A DNA stretch of 64,000 nt, from the NCBI GenBank assembly GCA_965285935.1, contig OZ260661.1, positions 112,034,001 to 112,098,000 on the forward strand, in the 5' to 3' direction. Of the stretch, positions 14,601-29,600 are shown in pieces (the first letter of the stretch is position 1; each line of letters starts with the position of its first letter). Under the pieces are notes generated by a model. That model was not told where the DNA came from, searched no databases, and worked only from the letters and a program-made list of their open reading frames with translations. Origin of the DNA: Ophelia neglecta (Eukaryota). A program made the translations under genes and the position numbers.

Positions 14601-17600
14601 TTTGATATGATTATGGCAAATGATATTCTAATGCAGGATGAGGATAGGGACTGTAACATGTAGGTAGGAGTTTCGTAAAAATGGTAATAATATCAAGCCT
14701 GATGCTGTGATTGTGGTGGGACTGGTGTGAAGGAGCAGCGCGTGTGGTGGAAAAAGGGAGATGTTACCAGGGCAGGTAATTGGCAGACCAGAGTGATGGA
14801 TATAATAGTCTATGTATCTACATACAATATCACTCTGATTGACTGGGGTCACATGCATGTTTACTGTCCACCTAATGATGACATGTTATCACATGATTTA
14901 CCTAATAGTTTACTCTCCCCTAATACACAAGGATTAGCCCATGTGCCAATACCTATAGGTCTAGTGTATATATACAAATACATTGTTGATGTAATTGTCT
15001 GATCAACAATAGTAAGAACCTGTGGACCCACATTCACCAGTTTGGTTTCGGTGCTGCCCGGAGGTTTTTCAGATAGACTTCTTTTTAAGGAATATTTGAT
15101 TCATTGTTTACAACGTGTTTTTTTTATTGTGGATTTATTATCATTCTTTAGTTGTTTTTTCAATATCCAAAAATGAATTGTTCAGGGTGCTTTGGGGCCA
15201 GATCTAGGTCCTTAAAACTTTGGGGAAGGTAGGTTTATTTGATTTATTCATAGAAATAAAGGTTATGAGATTTAGTATGCCTACAAGGCACGGTTCGGGT
15301 TGGGCATTGAGAGGTGGGATGTGACCTGTCATCTCTGTCAGATGTTAAGACAATGGTTGTTTGTGATGTGTATACCAAACACCTTTTATCTAGGTTATAA
15401 CACATACCATGCAGTCAAGACCATTTTTTTTTATTCAATCGATATATATGTACAAACATTTCATGCCTAAAATGATATATATGCCTGACAAAATATTCAA
15501 TATGTATTCACTTTGATCCTGAGTGTACTAATATAAAACTCAATAAATTATACCTTTAATTCAGACAGACAATCTTGTACATTGTACCATGAATATCAAT
15601 CAGCTCTTAAACTTCAAACTTGACTTTGGTTTGGATCTTTTTGTGTTAGTTTCTCTCTAGAGTTTTATTTCTCTGAGGTAACCCATATAAACTGGCGCAT
15701 GCCATGATCCCTGGTTGGTGTAATCAATATTCTGTATGGAATTTGGAAGTACACTTAGCTGCCAGTTTTTGTACCACCTTTATAAGAATCTTTGTGAGTA
15801 CTGGTTGGTTAAGTTTGTCACAGATGATTGACTTCTGTCATATTTTCAACTGGTATTTTGTGGCCAGTGGAAGTGTGTAGGATCAGGGTGTGCCAATTCA
15901 TAGTATTGGCATTTGTTTCTGCGTTGTGTTTTAAGATCAAACCGAGTTGCGCCATTCATCCCATTGATACTTTTGACTTGCAGGCACGAGCTTGAGAGGC
16001 TGCGAGAGGAGCACAGGAGGGCTGAGGAGGCACGCCAGGAGAAGGAGGAGGAAGTATACAGGAAACAGGAGGTCAAACGCACGGAGGTGGAAGAACAGAA
16101 GACCCTCCTGGGCAGACAGAGGGAGGAGCTGGAACGGGAGAGGGCGGGACGAGAACTCAAACTGGAACGAGAACGTCAACAGCTGCTGGAGGAGAAACAA
16201 CAAAGTAAAAACATTCTAGCTCTTCACAAGTTTACTGGCTGACGCAAACAGGCTGTTTTCAAACCCTAACTATAACAACCATAGTTATAATTGTCTCTCA
16301 TTGTACAAAGAATTGTTGATGATATTTTTGTGTATGGGAGTGTATGCATAAAACAATTTTAAATACACAATCGTATTAGGCCAAATGCAAACCGAAAGTG
16401 AAAACATTTCATGAGCAATACCCACAAAATTATCTTATTTAGTCCACATGACATTATAACTTACACTTTTTTTTAACTTTATTTGTAAATAGTCTTGTAG
16501 CTGGATTGAATGTACTATGATAAATTTGTTAAAACAGTTTTGTTAAAGGAAAATATATATTTGATCATGTCTGGGTCAGCCATACATATATGTTGTGAAA
16601 GTTGTGTTGACAGGGATACTTGAACATTGGTTATGGGGGCACTTTACATCAACTGTGCTTTTTGTCCTTATGATTTATAAGGCTCTCAATATGTGACTGA
16701 ATATGTGGGGCCAATGTGCTTGTCTTGCTGATTAAATGAACTATTAATGTGCTCATGATCATGGTTTGGTTCAGTGGTTAAAGGAATATGTATTCACTAT
16801 GGTAAAATGGGTAAAACCATAACATGATGATATTCTTTAGCAATCTATGACCAATGTTCTAACTCTTCTGGATGACTATGTCTTCATGCTGTAAAATAAA
16901 AATCATTATATGAATCAATATTTTTTTGAAAATTTAACACATGATAAGCTGATATGAATTTACCCCTCTTAGATTATTTTGATAATTTGGCCCACAGTCA
17001 GCTGCTATGAATATTCTTCATTTTTCTGAGAACCTTAATTGGCCCAAATATTTTTGGTCCTCAGCATCTCATACCAATTGACAGAGCTTGAAATTAACCT
17101 GTAGTGATCCAAATGTTAAAACATTCACTTAGGAATTGCTGGCCACATTCCTAATAGGTTTGGTTTAATTATTTCAGTGGAGGATCGTCTGGCAGAAGAG
17201 ATGGAGAACCTCCGGCAGCTGGAAAATAATGATCCAAAATTCAAAAGGCGCAGTGCTGAGTTTTCCTCCCAAACCACTTACCCAGATCTTGGTAACCTAG
17301 CTATGCAGACAGAATCTCAGCTGGCTTTGGCAAAAGGACAGAAATCTCATGTAGTAAATCTAGGGCCTGATATCAATCAGCACAGATTTACAATAGATGG
17401 CCAGCGAAAGCTGATAGCTCAGAAGGAGCTTATGATGGAGGTGAGTGGGCGAGAAAAGAACAAGGAATTCTCCCAGAGACAGCAAGAAATTGATGACATG
17501 TTTTTGGCTGATTCAGAGAAGCTTCAGCTTAAGAGAAGAAAGATAGAGGAGAAGGAAAAGGAATACAAAACTGAGACTGCTGCTGATTTGGAGGAGATGT

Positions 17601-20600
17601 CCACCCAGACAGATATCATAGACCAGCTGGATCACAAGCAACAGCAGATGGCGATGTACATCCAGGAAAAGCAAAGTCAAGTGCCCCTTTCCCAACATGA
17701 GCGTGATCCTCCTATTGGGGCCGCATACAGCGATGATGCCATTCAGATAGGTGCCAAAGGTTATTCCAAGCCTACCAGGTCCTCCGACTGGCGACATAAA
17801 CGCACTATTTCAGAGTCTGCCGCTCAGGTAAGCGCCTCTACTCCTGGACGTAGGGGATCAAACTCCTCATCACGTGGCACAACCCCTCCTCCACATAGAT
17901 CATCAGCACCTTCCTCCAGAAGCACCACCCCACCTGCCTCAAAGGATGTCAGACCGAAAACATTACCCACAAATACTCAAGGCAAAGTACCCAAGGGGAA
18001 GGAAAAGGGACTGTTTGGAAAACTAAGTCAAAAGATAAAGAGTAGCGCTCTTGCCCAACAGGTGACAGATCGGCTTTACTCCAAGAAAGATGGTTCAAAA
18101 AAGAAAGAACCAAAAGAGAAGAAAGAGAAAACGGTGCAGAAAGGAGAAGAGTCAAAGCCTCGGAAACCACCTGAAGGATTGCACCAAAGGTCACAGTCTG
18201 TTCCACTTTTGAGCAGTCCGTCAGGAATGCAAGTGCCCAGTCCCAGCACCGTGTCCATGCGTGCCATGAGTCCACGTCTTAGACTAAGCAGTAGCAGTTT
18301 GGCCAGTGTACCAGAATCAATTGATGAGTCTGTGGAAGGAGGACACAGACAAAGAGACTTCAGTCCAGATGTTTATCAATCACGAGATATTTCCCCATTT
18401 TCCCCCTCGAGGCCAGAAGGTAGCCCTCATGACTGGGATTTCGGATTTATGCAACCAGATGGGGACGGTAGTATAAATATCCGAGCTAGCCCCCTAAGTA
18501 GCCCCAGTCCATTGGAAGCTGCCCAAAAGTTGGCTCTGATGCAAGGGAATCGTGAAGGGCATTCTCCTATGACCAGTGACAGTGATGGACTTGAAGTGGA
18601 AAAGCTGATGGGTATAAACCAAGGAGCAGTAAGCTCACCTTTGAAAAGATCCAGCCCTGATGGCCATGATGACTCAAACACCAGTCATGTGCTGTCTCCG
18701 AGCCATGTCAACATTCCAAAATCTACTCTCATAAATCAAGATCTTCATTCACATAATGTAGGGCAGCAACAAACCTCCAATACATTCCAGGTGTCAGAGG
18801 ACCAAAGTACCAAGCCAAAAGGCAGGCAGGAAGCTCCATCTCCCAACCCGACCAAAAAGGATGCCAAGCAGTCTCAAGCAAGTTCCAATTCTTCTGGTAA
18901 GACACCTAGTATTGAATCATCAGAAGTCATGAGAAACAGCAGCAGTGGCTTGTTAGCAGACAACAATAGACCAACTGATTCAGCATCTCCAAGTACTAAA
19001 GGTGTACCAGGCGGAGGTAGTCTAAGTGGCTCTACAAGGAGGAGTGTGAGCAGAGAAAGCTTGTCATCTGCTGATGGCAAGTCATCACAGTCAAGCACTG
19101 ACAGTAGAACCAAGTCACGATCAAGTCCAGAAACAAAGGCAAAGGGCCAGAAAGTGGGCAGTAAAACAAAGCTGTCACCCAAGTCTGACCAAAGAAGTAA
19201 GTCTCAAATATCTAGTGGTGCAGAAGGCAGCAGAACTTCTCCCAAACCTAAACCAGGGGTGAAAAGGACACATTCCAAGACGGAGAAGGACAGTAAAATA
19301 TCTCCCCGCCTAGCAAGAGTTCAACCTGCCATAACCAAGCCAAAGAAAATCAAGAAAAAAGAGGGGGATTTATCGGTTGAAATCTACATTCCCAGTCCAG
19401 TCTTGGCCGAGACCAGCCAAGGTGCCTCTTTAGATACAGATCTCAGCAAACTAAGTCCTGACCTCAGTCCTGCTGCTAGGTCTCCACAGAGGAGGTGTTC
19501 AGCGGGATCTGATCACTCCACCCAGTCATTAGATGAGGTCATTTATAATGAAAATGGCACCAAAATTATCCAAAGGGCAAGAAAATGTACCAAAGGGTCA
19601 GAGTCAGATGATCCAGACAAGAAAAAAGTTGTAGAGCAGAGCTTTGTTATATGGAAAACAAAAGAAGGCAGGACCCATTCTCTGGGGGAATCTGAGCCGA
19701 CAACTGCCATTCTGAGTGATGGAGACCAGGAAATGGCTGAAGCTAACAGGAACGAAAACTCTGCAGATTCCATGGAGGAAGGCAGCGGTGGCTACTCGGA
19801 TGACTCTTTGAATGGAGGCAGCAGTGGTAAGAAAACAGCTGATGTGAAAAAGATGCAAGTGGAACAGGCAGTACCAATTGAAGTACTTATCTCTGCTGAC
19901 CCTTTTGATGAGAATATCCCTGAAGATGCAGGGGAGCCAAATGCACCACATAAAGAAGAGCACTTATTTTCAGATGACTCTTTGAATGGGGATAAACAAA
20001 ATACAACTTCCAAACCCAGCTTAGTTTCTGCTGCTCCAGGGGTGGAGTACTCTACAATTGTAGAAACAGAGTTGGATCTTTTGTATCAATCTAACCTTAC
20101 TGATCAGCATGGCTCCAAAATAGCTGGGGAGATGTCTGATATGGTAGTAACTGGCCCTTTGGTGGGAGAAATGGTCGCCCCTGCCAAGTCAATCACCAGT
20201 GGCTTAATGACCTCAGAGAGTGATCTGACAGCCACTGCTGACAGCACAGCCCACAGCAGTACGCTTGCTCCCAGCTCCCAGTCCGAGGTACGGGACAACC
20301 ACCCACGGGGCTGTCCATACGAGGAAGCTGCTAGGTATGCGTAAGTATACACAATTCAAGTCAACTCTATTCTCATTTCTAAAAGAAACTAATAAAATAA
20401 TCCTACATGAAGGAAATCACCTCATTGTAACTTTTTCGGGGTTCTCTAAAATTAAATCTAACATAATCAAACAGACAATAAATTTATTATTACATAATAT
20501 GTAACCTAGCATATATTTCATCCCAGTGGTGCTGATCGGCCAGACAGTGTCAATGCTGTGAGTGCTAAGAAGGCTGGCAAGCGGGTCAGAAGAAGACATA

Positions 20601-23600
20601 CTGTGCCTCAAGAGAGTGCTGTGAGCACCACCGAGTCTGAGGATGTGACCGGGACTCCCTCAGAGGAGGACTCTCTCTCCACAGGTCATTATTCAGTTCT
20701 CTTCACTCTAAACACATGGCAGCTGGAACCTTGATGCAACTATTGTGTCCTCCTAGAATATAAGTTGATGATTAAGTGTATTATTTAATTATAGATTTAT
20801 AGTGGACAGCATATATATATTTAGATCTATTTTTGTCTTCTAAATTTAATAGATTTGAAGTGGCCAGTACATGTTTTCTTTGTATCTTTTTTCTACCTTG
20901 TTTGTAAGTTGATCATTAAATATATTCCAAAAAATGAGATTAAATTGATTTGAAGACACCAGTACATATATTTTACATCTGCTTGGCATATGTGGCAGCA
21001 TTAAACTGTCAGAAGCATTTTTTAAAACATGTCAAATAATTCATTGTTTAACGGCATTATGTTCTCCATTACAGGAGTAGCTAAACCAAAAAATGGATCT
21101 AGGCCAGTATCGGCTACCAAGCGGCGAAGACGAAAACCTCAGAACAGCCTGAGTGGAGAAGCAGCCTTGGCCGCCAGGCCTGCAGACTGCCTCAGTTCTG
21201 AGGAGTGCGTATCATCTGACAACGAGAGTAGTGTGTATTCTGAAGATTCACTCGGCTTCTCCGGAGAATACATCTTAGATCCGGACACCATGCAAGGTAG
21301 CGGGGAGCAAAGTGCCTTAGATTTAAGTCATAGCGGTAAATCCAAAGTGCCAAATTCAGAAATGAGTAGTGCAGACAATGCAACTATGGACAGTGCTGAA
21401 CCCAATATTGTGAGGGATGAGCAATTTACACTTGAAGCAGATGCCAGTCCAAATGTGCCAATTTCAGTCTCTCCCTCTGTGAACATTTATGCACCTAATA
21501 GCACCCCTGTCCAAGGCAAACTTTCGTTATCTGTAAATAAAGTAGAATTATGGAGCAATACAGATGGACTTGGTGATTTAGCCATGAGCAATACATCAGT
21601 TTCGTACAGAGAGGAAGCATCTGTCTTAGAAGACAGTGAGCTAGTGTCCTCTGCACTTGGGGCAAGTCAGGACACTACCAATGCCACCCCTGTGTCAAGG
21701 GCTGTGAAGGCAGCGTCAGGGAGACTCCCACCCAAGTTGACTTTGGGCCGTGTGGTGGTGTGGGACAATACAGCCAGTCTGCACCGCCAGGCTCTACACA
21801 CTGACAGCTTCTCTACGCCAGGCTCTGGGCAGCAGCCTGATGTAGAGATAGCTGAACAGGGTGCTCTTGTGAAAGATGTGGACTTCACATCTGCTACTAT
21901 CAATGTGGACACTTATGTGCCGAATTCTTTGGGTGCGGAGGGTGCACCAATAGACAATTCTTTCCCTGCTAGATCAGGGGAACCTCCTGTAAATAGTGGA
22001 CTTGCCATGCAATCTCCTGGAAATATAATTGATGTACATATAAATGCTTCAAATCAAAGTGCTAGTGAACTGACTGATTCAAATAGGCTTCCATTGGATA
22101 TTAACCATGAGAATACCCAAGGAGAACAGTCAGACTTGAATGAACAATCTTTATCCCCTATCCCCGGGATAGCAGCTGATTCCTACGTTAGTCCCTCAAA
22201 GGGGCTTGAAGGTTCAACAGAAAGCAGCATGAACAATGCCAAGGTAGATTCACTTGGACCAACCTATGTTGAACCTGCTGAGGGACATGGTGAACAGGTA
22301 TTTCCAATACCAAAAGAAGGTGGTGATACTATTACCATAGTGACTGTCAATAATAAAACTAAACAGGTGGATGTGCAAAAGACTGATGTGATTAAGGACA
22401 GAGTGCACTACATACCTACAAATACTGATGAGACATTACAGACCCCCACAATGTCTGCCAGCCAGTCAGCCACTTCTAGCCCAGTGACTGTAGTGATAGG
22501 CGGTCACGACCCACAAAACAAACCTCCATCGAGGGAGGAAGCTGGCACTACTAACCAGGAACTGATTCTGATAGTCTCCAAGGAAAAGTCGGTTACATCA
22601 ATTGAGTCTAAAGCCGTGCCCAGAGCTCAGCAGACGTACCAGTTTCAAGTGCCAGCAGCTCTGGCGGAGTCTAGCCCAGAACCTGAGCATGTACAATGTG
22701 AACAGGTAGAAAGTGACACACACACCGATGTTGAAAAAACAAACACATCTGCAAACAAATGGAATGAATATAATGAATTGTCAGCCCTGCAAACAAGTGG
22801 GAATCTACAACAAATTCCATTATCCACTGGGCATGTGAATTCTGAAGACCAACCACTACAGAACAGAGAAAATGAAGTGAAAAGGGAGGCTGAAGTTTAC
22901 TCAGTTAGTAAACCAAGCCAGGACCATTCATCAGTCAAAACAACCCATGATGAGAGGCAGACTCAAGTGGCAGCTGCAAAAACTACTGAGCTAAGTGCAG
23001 ATTACTACTTGCCAAATAGCACTAGTAATACAGTAGTATTGAAGGCAAGAGAGCCAAGTTATAGTCTAAGTGGCCAATCGATCGATACCTTAGAGGAAAC
23101 GGAACATGTAGACACTTATCAGGTACTTGACAAACCCACAGAGCGTGACCAAGACATGCCTGTCACAGAGCTGACAAGGGGAAAGACTGGGCCTGAGAAA
23201 CTCACAGACTTGGTCAAATCAGAAACCGTACTTGGTGATAAAAGTCAAGATGGCATTAATAAAACAGCTGAATTTTCACTCAAGAGTGAAGTAAGCTTCT
23301 CACCAGACATTTCACATACTACAGATTCTGTAATTGGCCAAATTCAGGTTGATAAAGATCATAAAACAAGGGAGCAACCTAAACAATGCAATGTACAAGT
23401 GGAAAACATTGAAGGCATTCCCTACAGAGTCGGTACCATGTCTGGGGACAGGAAAGCTTCCCACAAAAGTAACAGAGATTCTGGTTACTACAGTGTGTCA
23501 AGCCCACCCACAAATTTGGAAGCCCCCTTATCTAGCCCCAGTGAATCTGATGAAGACCACTTACAGCTGAGTGATGGGGCTTTTGTTGGAGAAACTGGCC

Positions 23601-26600
23601 CAGATACACTTCACAAGGCTTCATTGATAGGCTCACCTGAGATTAAAGCAGACTGTACTATCCAAAACATGGAAGTTGATGTAAGTAGTCAACAGGGGGT
23701 GCCACATGCAAAGCAAACTGGTGTAGACAGTGCTACAACAGTCAGCTTTTATGGTGGAAGTGATAGCAGGGGCATTAGCCTCCCAGGATTACCATCCTGG
23801 AATTCAACACAACCATTTTCCAAGTCCCTAACACCTGAAGTGAGTATTTGCGATAACACAGTGGAAAATTCAAAAGTCATTGAAAGCCAGTCACTTGTTG
23901 GATTAAGCGCAAATATTGAGGAATACAAGCCTGGACAGGCTCAGCCCATTGAGATTGCTTATAGATCAAATAGTGCTTTTGAACATGAATTGGATCATGC
24001 ATTGACAGGAACATTGAACACCAATACAAAGGATAATAGAACTGACTTACAAAGTACACGATACCAAACTACCGCCGAAATACCTGGCCAGCAGCCAGCC
24101 TTGGTAGAGCAGTGTTATGACAGGCCTAGTCAGGATTTAGTGGAAGTTATTGGACTTGGATCAGAACACGAGCAGACTAATACACCTGACAAAAAGAGTG
24201 ACATTATTCAACATGGTGATTTACAAGATTTAAATTCAAACCGGGTGCCAGAGAACGTATCAGATTTCACTGGAACTTCATTGGAGACTGCTCCAATTCA
24301 GACAAAAGGCAGTCCTGATCTGCTGCAGGCAAATCAAACTTTTTCCACATTAACTGCTACTCGGCAACTTTCACCCGAGATATGTGACTTTACCTCAGAG
24401 GAGTTATCAAGGGATCACCCATTGACAGGCTCAGCACATATACAACAGGGGCCTATAATTCATGTTGACTCTTATACTGATCAATATGTGCAAAGTACTG
24501 ATAGGGACATACTGTGTGAAGAATATAATCCTGATAAGCCAGCCGATAGAGCAGCTAATACACAAACAGGCTTACCTACCTTAGAATTACCTGGCAATAT
24601 CAGTGATCTACACAGACAGCAGTCAACCTTTGATGACACTCTTTCAAATACAGACAGTACTGAAGCTACTAGTTTCTCTGATGAGAGTTTGGTGACAGTC
24701 ATAGATAGGAGGAGACTAGATGCTAGTGGACACAGGGGCAGCGCCAGCTCCCAATCCCTCAGTGACTTTGGCAGCACAACTTCCTTGGATAAGATCAGGA
24801 ATCAAGAGACTTTGTCATCCGAAGCCCTTAACAGCGGTGCAGTACCCACCGAACATGACTTAACAGATGTCCATTCTAGTAACTCCAGCCAAGGACCTCA
24901 ACCCCAGACTACTATTACTACTACTACTGACAACACAAGCCTCAACTCAGATTCAACAAGTCCTTTGAAAGGCTACTGCATTGATATTAATGTGTTAGCC
25001 CACTCGGCTGTGTTAGCAGAAAATATATGTGCTGCTGCAATCAGTGAAGTTTCACAAAGACAGGCCAGTGCAACTAGTGAGAAAAAACAGAATGATATTT
25101 CAGGAAATGTAGAAAATGACAATGTTTCTATCTCTGAAATTCCCATTGAGAAGAAAATAGACAAATATATTTCCGAAGACAGAATTTCAACCAGGGTACT
25201 GTCCCAGTCTCTTTTATTGGCTGATGATATAGTCAATAATGCCATCAATGATGCGGGACAAATAAACAGGCAGAGTGCTGACAGAAAAGATGCAGAGCAC
25301 ATATCAGTAAGCCCAGAGAGAGTTTGTTGGTATACTGAGGACTCCGGTAGTAACAACGAGTGTGCTGTTGGAGAACAGGATATCAGTGACTATCAGGCAC
25401 TATTGGAAGGCAATACAGTAAATGACAGTCAGCTTCCTGACGATTCACCGGAAACATCAACCGTAGGATATAATGAAGAAGAAACACCTATAAGTCAGGG
25501 GGATCACTTGGGTGAAGAAAACACCAATGTTGAAGCAATTGGCAGTGACAGTACCTCACTAGAGATGGCTCAGAAGTATAAAGTGGTAGTCGATGTGGAT
25601 GACATGAAGCCACCCTTGTCACCAGAACAGGAAATAGACACAAATATTGATCTGGATAAAGAAAACGCTTCTCTTTTTGCAAAAGCTGTACCCCAAGACA
25701 CTCAAATTGCATATGATGGTGGTATAAATGAACCCTTCTCAGAGGGAGGTAATGTCATGGATATTGACCTTGATGTCGTCCCAGGGAACTCTGAAGGAAC
25801 ATTGAAAAGAGCTAGGTATGAAATGGACTCTGATGGTTCTCTATCTTCGACCGAAGATTTGAAATCATCAGGGGTTAAATATGTCAGAGTCAATGATCGA
25901 TCTGATGAGCAGGTGAAATCAGCTGGTGGAACTAAAACTGAAGAAGAAAGTGTATCAGTTGACCAAACTGTTCCTTCTGATGAGCAAACTATGGAAACTC
26001 TACAGTCATGTCCGGAATCAGATAGTTTCTATACACCAGAAGCAAGACATTTATCCAGCCCTGATGAAAGTATTGAAGATATTAAAGTAGAACAAGTTGA
26101 AGAGAACCTTCCTATAGAAGGGGTGCATTCCCAGCGTGCCAATGAAATTACACCAAATCCTTCCACTGAGTCCCTACCCCTGGAAACATCAATGTCAGCC
26201 GGCACTCCACACCCTAGTCACCACTCCTCTCCCCAGGCTCACTCCACACCAAGGGACCTTGGTCACCAGGGAGCCAGACCAGAGACAAAGAGTGAATCAT
26301 CTCTACTCAGTGATAGTTTAGATGAGGGCTACTTGACCATGGGTATTAGACTGAGCAGTGCTGACACAACTCTTAATGAATCAGAGGCCTCAGAAAGTGA
26401 CAACACTCCGGCCGTAGAATTACAGGATGGAACAACAAATGAACATCAACAACTAGCAACCATTGATCAGTCTGACCAAAATCCACAGAATGCAGAGAAC
26501 ACTCAAAATGGAAATCTGCCAGAAAATCAAGAACTAGCATCATCCTTCCCTGCTAGTGGATTGGCTTCTAATGTTACCTTTCAACAAAATATCAATGCAG

Positions 26601-29600
26601 ACATTAATATACCTGAACAAGTGAGAGGACTTATGAGTGGAGAACTAAATACCCAATCCACATCATCAATAGATCCAGAAATAGCTGATATTGTTTCTTC
26701 ACAAAACCTCTTTACTGATTTTAGTCAAAATCAACAGTTCGAAGAGGATATGCACGATAAACCAACTGCCCAGTCAACAACAACGTCTGCACTTGACTCA
26801 ACATTTGGCACATCGGCTTCCTCAAAATCAGATTCTCAAACCCCAAAAGGGCCTACCACCGACAAGAGTGGTCCAGGAAACAGTGGTGGAAAAGGTGGAT
26901 CTAATGGTGGCAAAGATGGCAGTGAAAATAAAGAACAAACAGGCAGAGAAGATGATGAAGCTTTTGTTTTTGGAATTGAAACAACCGCACCAGGATCCGA
27001 CAAACTTTCATCTACTGTCCCTTCAACAGAATGTATGCTTGATGAAAACAATGAAGATATTGGAACATCTTCCAATGTCAGCACTCTCGGGGACTATTCT
27101 CAACAACACAGCACTCCATCAGCAAGCGAATCATCATCTGAGGAGGAAGACATTGTGCAGGAAGCTAAAATACCTTCTAGAAATGAAGATAAACATGCTA
27201 CTGCCTCGACCCTTGTTAAATCTGCACTCAACTTAGTGCCAGTCCATAAAGAAGACCAATCACTCTTTGAAGGAGGAAGTGATTCCAGTGTCACTGATTC
27301 TCGGGGCGAAGACCCAGGGAGATATGATTTGGTACATTTTAAGGCACCTGAACCAAGGAAGATTTCAGGCAGCACTAATAGTGGTCAAGAACAGAAGGTT
27401 AAGGATCTTGATAAATCCAACCTTGTTTTGATGGAAGATGGAGATTTTGAAAGAATGGAATATGAGATTGAAGAAATGGGCACCACATATGCCACAATGA
27501 AGAGTAGTGATGAAGGTGGTGGAGAAACCAAGCTTACACTGAAACAAACAATAAGCCAAGCTGAAGCTCAAGTCATGACAAATGACCCGGACCATTCTGA
27601 TTCATCACATACAACTGGAAGAGGGGTGAAGAGGAACCTATCTACTGCTGCTCAGGTAGGTGATAATCTTGAAGATATTACAGAAGATGATATTAAAACT
27701 CTACGAGAAGCTGGTCTGGAAGTGGTACCAAATCCAGTTGAAGTTTCTGATAGCAGTGAGGAAATGCATGCAATTCAAGATGAGAATGTGACACAAATTC
27801 TAACACAAGAGGAAGTCATGAGTCTTGCAGAGATAGGAATGAAAGTTAAAACTAAGAAACAAAAAGTTGCTCATGCACTAAGTGGCAACCATGCAGATTC
27901 AACACAGGTTGTGTTAGAAAACCAAGATAAACCAGTATTAGACAAAATTGACAGTCCATCTGTGAATGTTTGCCATCAGGGAGATCAAAATATTGACCAG
28001 TTAGATCAAGAACTGGCAGGAGAGAAACCAGAAGATGAAAAAGATGAACAACTGGCTTATGACTCTGTACAAAACCAAGACCAAACACCTGTCTTTAACA
28101 GAATTGACAGTTCATCATCAATGCTTGTGAATGTCGGCGATCCCGGAGAACAAAACATTGAACAAATAGATGAAGAACTCATAGGAGATCTGGTAGAAAA
28201 TGAAGAAACAGAAACTGGTGAATCACTGCTTGAGGTCTCTGTACAAACCCAAGACCAAAAATCTGTCTTAGAAAGAATGGACAGTCCCTCAGCAGTGCCT
28301 GTGAATGTTGGCAATCAGGGACAACAAAACGTTGGACAGATAGATGAAGAACTGGCAGGACAGCCACCGGAAAATAAAGAAGAATCTGAGAAACCACTGG
28401 ACAAGGTCCCTGTACAAAACCAAACACTTGTCTTAGACAATATGGACAGTCCCTCATCAATGCCTGTGAATGTTGGCAATCAGGGACAACAAAACATTGG
28501 ACAGATAGATGAAGAACTGGCAGGACAGCCACTGGAAAATAAAGAAGAATCTGAGAAACCACTGGACAAGGTCCCTGTACAAAACCAAACACTTGTCTTA
28601 GACAATATGGACAGTCCCTCATCAATGCCTGTGAATGTTGGCAATCAGGGACAACAAAACATTGGACAGATAGATGAAGAACTGGCAGGACAGCCACTGG
28701 AAAATAAAGAAGAATCTGAGAAACCACTGGACAAGGTCCCTGTACAAAACCAAACACTTGTCTTAGACAATATGGACAGTCCCTCATCAATGCCTGTGAA
28801 TGTTGGCAATCAGGGACAACAAAACATTGGACAGATAGATGAAGAACTGGCAGGACAGCCACTGGAAAATAAAGAAGAATCTGAGAAACCACTGGACAAG
28901 GTCCCTGTACAAAACCAAACACTTGTCTTAGACAATATGGACAGTCCCTCAGCAGTGCCTGTGAATGTTGGCGATCAAGGACAACAAAACATTGGACAGA
29001 TAGATGAAGAACTGGCAGGAGAGCCACCGGAAAATAAAGAAGAATCTGAGAAACCACTGGCTAAGGTCCCTGTACATAACCAAACAGTTGTATTAGACAA
29101 AATGGACAGTCCCTCAGCAATGCTTGTGAATGTTGGTGATCAGGGAGAACAAAACATAGACCAGGTAGAGGAAGAACTCACAGGAGAGAAACCTGAAATT
29201 AGAGAAGAAGCTAAGGACCCTCTGGCTAAGGTCCCTGTACAAAACAAAGACCAAAAACCTATCTTCGATGGAAATGATAGTTCTTCGTCAATGCCTGTGA
29301 ATGTTGGCCATCAGGGAGAACAAAATATTGACCAGTTAGATAAAGAACTGGCAGCAGAGAAACCAGAAAATGAAAAAGATGAACAACTGGCTGATGACTC
29401 AGTACAAAACCAAGACCAAAAACCTGTCTTTAACAGAATTGACAGTTCATCATCAATGCTTGTGAATGTCGGCGATCCCGGAGAACAAAACATTGAACAA
29501 ATAGATGAAGAACTCATAGGAGATCTGGTAGAAAATGAAGAAACAGAAACTGGTGAATCACTGCTTGAGGTCTCTGTACAAAACCAAGACCAAAAATCTG

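Noticed and set aside
885-15002. Many 60-100 aa ORFs in the first 15 kb
   Set aside because: AT-rich intronic composition with no recognisable motifs; consistent with chance.
21029-21074. ATG start of the 6605-aa ORF as a standalone intronless gene
   Set aside because: The first 15 codons are intron-like and end at a good acceptor in phase with the upstream exon.
28179-29057. 292-aa Cys-rich repetitive - strand ORF
   Set aside because: Antisense reading of the 165-bp coding repeat; one stop-free unit is simply repeated.
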